The notes under the pieces are model-generated. The model had not been told where the DNA came from. It searched no databases and saw only the letters and a program-made list of their open reading frames with translations. The position numbers and the translations under genes are program-made. Shown in pieces: positions 58,072 through 64,000 of a stretch of 64,000 bases of DNA. How positions within the stretch are numbered: the first letter of the stretch is position 1; every line of letters starts with the position of its first letter. Source of the stretch: Candidatus Latescibacterota bacterium (lineage in GTDB: Bacteria > Latescibacterota > UBA2968 > UBA8231); assembly GCA_965204725.1 (NCBI GenBank), contig OZ242005.1:896001-960000 (forward strand). The letters run 5' to 3'.

Positions 58072-58112
58072 TTTGCTTGACAAATAAAGCAAATGCTCTA
58101 CATTCTAAGCAT
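58072..58112 (+). promoter_or_regulatory. Sigma70-like promoter of the pAgo operon overlapped by two TGCT-N10-AGCA palindromes
   Basis: TTGACA 58077-82 and TACATT 58099-104 (16 bp spacer). Palindromes at 58074-58091 and 58094-58111. RBS GGAGG at 58128. Confidence 0.65.
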
Positions 58113-58142
58113 ATTAGTTGAAAGGCCGGAGGTCATGTGAGC

Positions 58143-58487
58143 ATGAGTCACGAAGAGCAACTCGGTTCCTACCTCAAACGCGCTCGGAATACTGCGGGTC
58201 TGACGCTGCGGGCGGTTGAAGGGGAGACCGGTATATCTAACGGATACCTTAGCCAACTCGAGAGTGGCCAAGTGCGGCGTCCATCGCCGATGAACTTGCA
58301 CAAGCTGAGCGAACTCTATCGGCTACCCTATGCTGAAGTGATGGAAGCAGCAGGGTATCCTATACCTTCGACTCAATACAGCAACGAAGAACAGCGGTTC
58401 TTCGCGAGGCTTGGGGAGACTTCTAATGAAGAGAAAGAGGCACTGCTGGAGTATTTGGAGTTCATGCGAACTCGGAGAAAGCGGTAA
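58143..58487 (+). CDS. XRE-family HTH transcriptional regulator
   Basis: LGSYLKRAR..GLTLRAV..GISNGYLSQLESG..PS; start ATG 58143 or GTG 58137. Confidence 0.9.
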   Translation: MSHEEQLGSYLKRARNTAGLTLRAVEGETGISNGYLSQLESGQVRRPSPMNLHKLSELYRLPYAEVMEAAGYPIPSTQYSNEEQRFFARLGETSNEEKEALLEYLEFMRTRRKR

Positions 58488-58493
58488 CACATA

Positions 58494-59435
58494 ATGAGGT
58501 GGTCAGTGTCGAAGGCAAAGCAGTTCCAACGTTGTCAACGCCAGTGGTACTACAAGGAGATCGTCGGACGCCACTCTGCACCGGCGGGCAGTACTCGGCG
58601 TGAAGTCTATCTCCTCGGATTGCTGAAAAGTATCAGCCAGTGGCGCGGAGATATAGTCGATAACGTCCTCACTAGGGCCTTTCTCACTTGGCACAAGCAC
58701 CAGGTACGGCTCGATCCCGAAAAGATAATCTTCAATGCACGACGACAGTTTGATGAGCAGCTTGCCGTTGCAAGAGAGCATCACCTGCACAAGCCGGGTC
58801 TCACTCCATCGAAGTGGGAAAATTTCGTCGCATTCAGATGCATGGAATACGACAAGTCCATCCCGCAAGATGAACTGGATGCGGCTTGGCAAGAGATCGA
58901 ACAGGCGATCCGGAATCTATTCGAGATGCGCCCCGTTGCTGAGGCTATGCAGGGTACCAATGCGCTGGTAGCGCAACGCTCGTTGCAGTTCCAGCACTCG
59001 GACATGAACGTAGTAGCCAAGCCCGATTTGGTGGTCTTCTCCAAAGAAAGGCCACCCGTGATCATCGACTGGAAGGTGCATGCTTTCGGTGTTCAAGAGG
59101 CTTGGTTACAGCTTGGCATCTATGCCCTTGCTCTTTCACGTGCGAAACCGCACAAGGATTTTCCCCAAGATTGCTGCTCGTGGGCACCTACCGACGTTAA
59201 ACTCCTCGAAGTGCAATTGCTCAAGCAGGATTTAAGGGAATACCAGCTTTCCAAGAGGGATGTTACCCGTCTGGAAAACCATATCGCCACGACAGCGTAT
59301 GAGATGCTGTCTGCTGTCGGAACCGTGCGACCGAAATATGAGGACTTGATCCCCGAAGACTTCACTGTGACGCGCTATCCGACTACGTGCCAACAGTGTT
59401 CATACAAACGCGTTTGCTGGGAGGGAGAGGCATGA
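58494..59435 (+). CDS. Cas4/AddB-like PD-(D/E)XK nuclease with a putative Fe-S cluster
   Basis: C14 plus C299/C302/C308; KPDL...IIDWK...QLGIYAL RecB-type motifs. Confidence 0.85.
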   Translation: MRWSVSKAKQFQRCQRQWYYKEIVGRHSAPAGSTRREVYLLGLLKSISQWRGDIVDNVLTRAFLTWHKHQVRLDPEKIIFNARRQFDEQLAVAREHHLHKPGLTPSKWENFVAFRCMEYDKSIPQDELDAAWQEIEQAIRNLFEMRPVAEAMQGTNALVAQRSLQFQHSDMNVVAKPDLVVFSKERPPVIIDWKVHAFGVQEAWLQLGIYALALSRAKPHKDFPQDCCSWAPTDVKLLEVQLLKQDLREYQLSKRDVTRLENHIATTAYEMLSAVGTVRPKYEDLIPEDFTVTRYPTTCQQCSYKRVCWEGEA

Positions 59436-61813
59436 GCATGCTCGAAACCAACATCTTCGCCATCGAGAATCTGGATGCGCTGAAAACGGACTACGTTCTT
59501 TACAGAATTCGAGGTCTAACGAGGGGAGACAACGAGTATTTCCAGAACAAGGACGAGATCGCGAGAAAGCTAAGCTATGACCTCCAGAGGCCGGCACTCG
59601 TGATCGAAAGAAACGGCCACCCGTACCTCGTACTGCCCGCTGACACGCCTCCCCCGCCGCAGCCATTCTCACTTGTACGTGTGCAGGTGTACCTCGACAA
59701 ACAGAAGGAGTCGCTCACACTCGACTATGCGAAGCGGAATCATGAGACCGACGATATCTGCCTTCGCTTTCTCAACTTCTTCGCAGTCCAAGGCAGGTAT
59801 CGCAATGACAAGCGTTTGTGGCAACCGCGGTCCGGTCAGCCCTTCTTTGAGTACAAACCAGTCAAGACGATCAGAGGAATCGATGTCTTCCAGGGTTTCT
59901 CCGCCCGAGCGGTCATCACGCCCGACAATGGGATTGGCATTTGCCTCGATCTGCGCACGAAGTTTGTCGCGAGCAAGCCCCTTGACGCTAGACTGAAGCG
60001 TGACGGGTTCAGGCCATATCGCGGACAGCACTTCATCTATCGGTTCAAGGGCTGGTATGGGGTGCAGCTACAGGACTACTGCGATCTGAACGCCTCTGAA
60101 GCTCACATCGATACCGGAAACTGCTCAGTTTACAAGTACCTCAGACGCGAGTCCCCCAAGCCGCTACCTCAGCAGCTTGCCAATCTCCCTCGGGACGCAG
60201 CACTCGCCTACTACCAGACAAACCGCGGAAACCGTGTATACGCGAGTGTGGGCCTTTGCCATCTCATCTATGACACGCGGCATCCTGAGGTTCAGCGCCG
60301 GCAGGGGATGATGACCCCACAGCCCCACGAACGGGATCGCAAGATCCAAGAATATGCAGCCAAGTATCTACAAGGATTGCAGCTCGGACGCACTCGGCTT
60401 GAAGTGTCGCGTACGCCCATAACGGCACCCCGCAAGGTGTTCCAAGCACCAGATATCGAGTTTGGGGGTGAACACGTGCTCTCCGTCCGCCGGACGGCGG
60501 GTGCTCACATAGCGACTATGGATACACTGGGAAAAAAGAAGCAGCGGTTGCTTATGCGTGAGGACGCAGGCTTCTTCGTCAAGCGTCTCCTTGGTCCGCA
60601 GTACCTGATTATGCCTGAGAGCGTTTACAAGACATGGGGGAAACAGTATATCAAAAATTTAAAGCAGACGGTTGAACGGCTCTACGGTCCAGCCGAGCGA
60701 GACGAAGTACTGCCAGACGTACCCGTGTACGACCCGAAGGTAATCACCTACAACGACTGTGACTCAGGTCATACGTATGTCGAGCAGGGACGGGCAATCT
60801 TGGATGCCGCCGAGAAACATCGAGTGCGTGGTGGATACGGGTTGATAATGATTCATGACGCCTCGGACCGCGAGGTCAGGCAGGAGGACCAACTCGCCGC
60901 TATGCTCTCCCAGCAGTTTTGGGAGCAGCGTGATATGCGCATTACCGTAAACCATACGAAGACCGGGAGCGAATGCTACAGTCCGGTGAATGGTCAACAT
61001 GGGGCGTACGTTGTGAACCCGAAAAAGCGGGGCAAGCTCAATGGCTACCTACGCAATGTGGCGTTAAGTAAGATCCTTCTGAACAATGAAATGTGGCCGT
61101 TTGTCCTAGCCACCCCACTGCATGCGGACGTGACGATCGGCCTCGATGTGAAGCGCAACACAGTGGGCCTGACAGTCGTGAGCGATGGCGGACGCAGCAT
61201 CGCGACCTTATGTCGCAGGTCCAGTCAAAAGGAGAAGCTGACCCGCCGTCAGATCGAGACGCTCCTGACCGAACTGTTGCGCCATACAGCCGAGAAGCAG
61301 GCCGTCAAGGAGATTAAGGAGATCGTCATTCACCGCGACGGGCGGAGCTTCCAGTCCGAGATTGACGGTGCAATCAACGCGAAGAAGACCCTCCAAGCGG
61401 AGGGCCTCCTTCCTTCTGACGTGCGCATCACGATCTTGGACGTAAGCAAGACAGCCATGACTCAAGTGCGCCTATTCGACGTGAAGCGCACAAACGGTCG
61501 CTTACTACGGGTAGAGAACCCACAGAACGGCACGTACGTCTTTCTAGGAAATCAGGATGCGTACTTATGCTCAACAGGGCGAGAGTTCGGGCACTCCGGC
61601 ACCACCCAGATGTTGCATGTGCGGTATGAACTGCCTGGGCTGCCGTTTGAGCAGGCACTTGAAGACCTGTACTACCTAACGACGCTGACGTGGAGCAAAC
61701 CTGACGACTGCTCGCGCTACCCAGTGACGATGAAGCTGACCGACAGGTGGTTGTGGCAGGATGCAACGGAGTACAACCAAGACGTGCTCGTATATGGCGT
61801 CGAGGAGGGTTGA
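59432..61813 (+). CDS. ago: Long prokaryotic Argonaute, predicted catalytically active (DEDD)
   Basis: 793 aa from ATG 59432 (ATGA overlap). PIWI motifs IGLD572V, QKE601KL, IVIHRD636G, LTTLTW...RYPVTMKLTD771. Confidence 0.9.
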   Translation: MSMLETNIFAIENLDALKTDYVLYRIRGLTRGDNEYFQNKDEIARKLSYDLQRPALVIERNGHPYLVLPADTPPPPQPFSLVRVQVYLDKQKESLTLDYAKRNHETDDICLRFLNFFAVQGRYRNDKRLWQPRSGQPFFEYKPVKTIRGIDVFQGFSARAVITPDNGIGICLDLRTKFVASKPLDARLKRDGFRPYRGQHFIYRFKGWYGVQLQDYCDLNASEAHIDTGNCSVYKYLRRESPKPLPQQLANLPRDAALAYYQTNRGNRVYASVGLCHLIYDTRHPEVQRRQGMMTPQPHERDRKIQEYAAKYLQGLQLGRTRLEVSRTPITAPRKVFQAPDIEFGGEHVLSVRRTAGAHIATMDTLGKKKQRLLMREDAGFFVKRLLGPQYLIMPESVYKTWGKQYIKNLKQTVERLYGPAERDEVLPDVPVYDPKVITYNDCDSGHTYVEQGRAILDAAEKHRVRGGYGLIMIHDASDREVRQEDQLAAMLSQQFWEQRDMRITVNHTKTGSECYSPVNGQHGAYVVNPKKRGKLNGYLRNVALSKILLNNEMWPFVLATPLHADVTIGLDVKRNTVGLTVVSDGGRSIATLCRRSSQKEKLTRRQIETLLTELLRHTAEKQAVKEIKEIVIHRDGRSFQSEIDGAINAKKTLQAEGLLPSDVRITILDVSKTAMTQVRLFDVKRTNGRLLRVENPQNGTYVFLGNQDAYLCSTGREFGHSGTTQMLHVRYELPGLPFEQALEDLYYLTTLTWSKPDDCSRYPVTMKLTDRWLWQDATEYNQDVLVYGVEEG

Positions 61814-61817
61814 AATC

Positions 61818-62177
61818 ATGAGCGACCGGAGTTTACAATCAGGCTACTACAACACGATCAGCTACCTCGCCGAGCTTCTAGATGAGGCCTTGATGCAGAT
61901 CAAGCTCGCACGGGGCGGCGCACCCTCGTCAGAGGTCGAAAAGGTCTCCAAGATGTTGGAAGTAGCGGCTAGCGAGGAGTGCCGCGATCTCTCGACAGCA
62001 TTCCTGCGCTTGATCCTTCGAGATGAGCTAGGAGAGCAACAGCAGGCTTGGCAAGAACTAAGCGTACGACTTGGGCAGGGAGTGTGCGACGAGCATGACG
62101 TAGAGATGATGGAGCGGATTGCTGAAGTCGTGGACACCGAGCGGGCGTCGGCGTTTCGCAAAATGAGAGGGTTCTAG
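61818..62177 (+). CDS. Small acidic, predicted alpha-helical hypothetical protein
   Basis: 119 aa from ATG 61818 with RBS GAGGAGG, 4 bp after the ago stop; no recognisable motif. Confidence 0.7.
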   Translation: MSDRSLQSGYYNTISYLAELLDEALMQIKLARGGAPSSEVEKVSKMLEVAASEECRDLSTAFLRLILRDELGEQQQAWQELSVRLGQGVCDEHDVEMMERIAEVVDTERASAFRKMRGF

Positions 62178-63308
62178 GTGTTTGAGGAGTATATCAATGG
62201 AACTCTCGGCGAGTTGGAACGACGGGCACGAGTACTGCGGGCAAAAATTCCGCGAGACCTGCCAACCTACTATGCAACGCTCGTGAAGTCGTGCAACGAA
62301 CGGCTTAAAGAACTATTGTTTGCCCTCCGCGACCTGCGCGATAATCCTGCGTGGCAGGATGAGAAATTTCGCCCAGAGCGCCAGCGGCGTCTGCGCAGGA
62401 TCGTGACGGCTCTCGACAGGCTGGAGTCTGGCGGCATCACGGCCCTCTGTCGTGCGAACGAGGACGACCATTACTTCAACGGTCTGCTCGAACGCCTTCG
62501 ACGGGAAATCAAGTATCCGGGAGAACTGCCCACGGTCTCCTCGCTCTCGCAGCGTTACTTCTATGTCGATACGGATCTCAACCTCATGAGTGTACCGTTG
62601 GCCGAGCGACATTTTCTTCTCCATTTGCCGGATCTTTACCATGAACTAGCGCACCCACTCTTGGTAGCACGCGACGATTCGGTCATCGAGCCCCTACAGG
62701 ATAGGATGTTGGAGTCGGCGGCGGTGGCGATGGAGCACTTTCACACGATAGCACACGAAAGGGAAGGTGGGCGCACTCCAGAGCAGGAACGGAATCGGCT
62801 GCGGACATGGGAGTTCTACTGGGGCAAGTACTGGATCTTCGAGTTCTACTGCGACCTGTTCGCCACCTACACCCTAGGACCAGCCTTCGCGTGGTCACAC
62901 GTGCATCTGAGTGCCAAGCGGGGCGTGAACCCGTACGACTATTTGATGGAGCAGCATCCGGCCGACGCTGCGAGGATGTCCGTGCTCCTCATCGGCCTGC
63001 GCGAGATAGACTATGATGAAGAGGCGGAGGCAATCGCTAGGGTGTGGCAGTCGGTGATCGGCTCGTCGAGCTATAAGCCCCCGTCCGATTTCAGGACGTG
63101 CTATCCCCAAGATATGCTCGAAAAAATAGCCAAGCAGGGCCTTGAAGGAGTTAAAGCGATCGGATGCCGCATCGCACACGCTAAGTGCGATGACGAAATC
63201 CACACGCTCCTGAACGAGGCTTGGCAACGGTTCTGGGATAACCCGAGCGAGTACGCCGCTTGGGAGGATCAGAGGACGAGGAAGTTATCTAAATCGCGTC
63301 TGGCTTAG
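62178..63308 (+). CDS. HExxH zinc metallopeptidase-like protein (gluzincin, M48/M56-like motifs)
   Basis: GTG immediately after the previous stop; YH155ELAH159, E222FYCD226LFA, H260PADAAR. Confidence 0.7.
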   Translation: MFEEYINGTLGELERRARVLRAKIPRDLPTYYATLVKSCNERLKELLFALRDLRDNPAWQDEKFRPERQRRLRRIVTALDRLESGGITALCRANEDDHYFNGLLERLRREIKYPGELPTVSSLSQRYFYVDTDLNLMSVPLAERHFLLHLPDLYHELAHPLLVARDDSVIEPLQDRMLESAAVAMEHFHTIAHEREGGRTPEQERNRLRTWEFYWGKYWIFEFYCDLFATYTLGPAFAWSHVHLSAKRGVNPYDYLMEQHPADAARMSVLLIGLREIDYDEEAEAIARVWQSVIGSSSYKPPSDFRTCYPQDMLEKIAKQGLEGVKAIGCRIAHAKCDDEIHTLLNEAWQRFWDNPSEYAAWEDQRTRKLSKSRLA

Positions 63309-63362
63309 ACTGGATCCCATACTTTTCAACTATATAGGAGCCTTTAGGGGCGGCGGTTGACT

Positions 63363-64000
63363 ATGCTTCAAATAGATTACAGCGATCCAAGATACGAGAA
63401 TGCGGCGGCGGCGATTCTGCAACGGCACGACAATAATGAACCCGAGGCTAATATCACTAGTGCGGTGCGGGACTTTTTGCTCTGCACGGGATTGGTTGAT
63501 GCCAATGAAGTCGCCGAGGAAGTGGCACCGTCGGGGCACTCGGTGCGGGCTGTGGATTTGAAGGCGTCAAACACGTTTATCGAAATCAAGAAGCGCGTCA
63601 GCACGACCGGCGGCTTTAATCCCAATGAAATCTATGTGAAGCAGTTGGATAAATACTTGGCGGAATCCATGACGTACGAGCGGAAAGCGCGGATGGGCGT
63701 TCTCACAGACGGGCGGTACTGGCTCCTGCGCTGGCCGAATGCCGGCGAGGTCAAAACGACTAAGCCCTATGCTTTTACCCTAGAATCGACGGCTGACTGG
63801 CTGCTTTTGTACGAGTGGCTGCGCGACGAGGTCATCGGTACGCAGGATGACATTCCGGCTCGGCGCACTGAGGTCGAGCAGAATTTTGGGCCTAACAGCC
63901 CGTTGTATCGGCGGGATATTGACGCCCTAAACTTGCTCTACCAAGGAGCGAAGGACCGCGAAACCGTCCGCGTCAAGTGCCGGCTGTGGGAAACCTTGTT
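63363..64000 (+). CDS. Probable type IIG / type I-like restriction enzyme, N-terminal nuclease domain (3'-truncated by window edge)
   Basis: Open frame from ATG 63363 to the window end, absent from the ORF track: PEANIT...VDL...FIEIK...QL..Y...GVLTDGRYW (HSDR_N-like). Confidence 0.7.
   Translation, partial: MLQIDYSDPRYENAAAAILQRHDNNEPEANITSAVRDFLLCTGLVDANEVAEEVAPSGHSVRAVDLKASNTFIEIKKRVSTTGGFNPNEIYVKQLDKYLAESMTYERKARMGVLTDGRYWLLRWPNAGEVKTTKPYAFTLESTADWLLLYEWLRDEVIGTQDDIPARRTEVEQNFGPNSPLYRRDIDALNLLYQGAKDRETVRVKCRLWETL

Noticed and set aside
58494-59435. CRISPR-Cas locus suggested by the Cas4-like gene
   Set aside because: No cas1/cas2 and no repeat-spacer array seen anywhere in the window.
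63307-63318. AGACTGGATCCC resembling the start of the dRS3-like repeat at the right edge of the pAgo operon
   Set aside because: Only a short gapped match without the second arm.
1-64000. tRNA, rRNA or riboswitch genes
   Set aside because: None recognised in the short intergenic regions by eye; an Infernal/tRNAscan run would be needed to exclude them.

Overview
GC-rich bacterial chromosomal window. The FlgD-Ig/CHU_C-tailed secreted paralogues, DUF6785- and OPT-like transporters and tandem mandelate-racemase enzymes suggest an FCB-group organism such as Ca. Latescibacterota (inference only). Positions 1-21 kb hold a co-oriented cell-envelope/transport cluster interrupted by a Fic gene and a Phd-VapC module. 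An intact IS5-family element follows, abutting a UvrD remnant. The middle holds metabolic genes, a nonsense-disrupted PIN toxin, a glnD/amtB region enclosing an Rsb-type partner-switching module, an OLD-like ATPase-TOPRIM gene, a type II R-M pair, mazEF and an MrfA-MrfB-like helicase-exonuclease fusion. The top finding is a compact five-gene operon at 58.1-63.3 kb: XRE regulator, Cas4/AddB-like 4-Cys PD-(D/E)XK nuclease, long prokaryotic Argonaute with an intact DEDD tetrad and atypical MID, a 119-aa helical protein, and an HExxH gluzincin-type metallopeptidase. Its promoter is covered by two tandem TGCT-N10-AGCA palindromes, and it lies directly upstream of a probable type IIG/type I-like restriction enzyme gene. 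All assignments are from motif recognition by eye; no searches were run.
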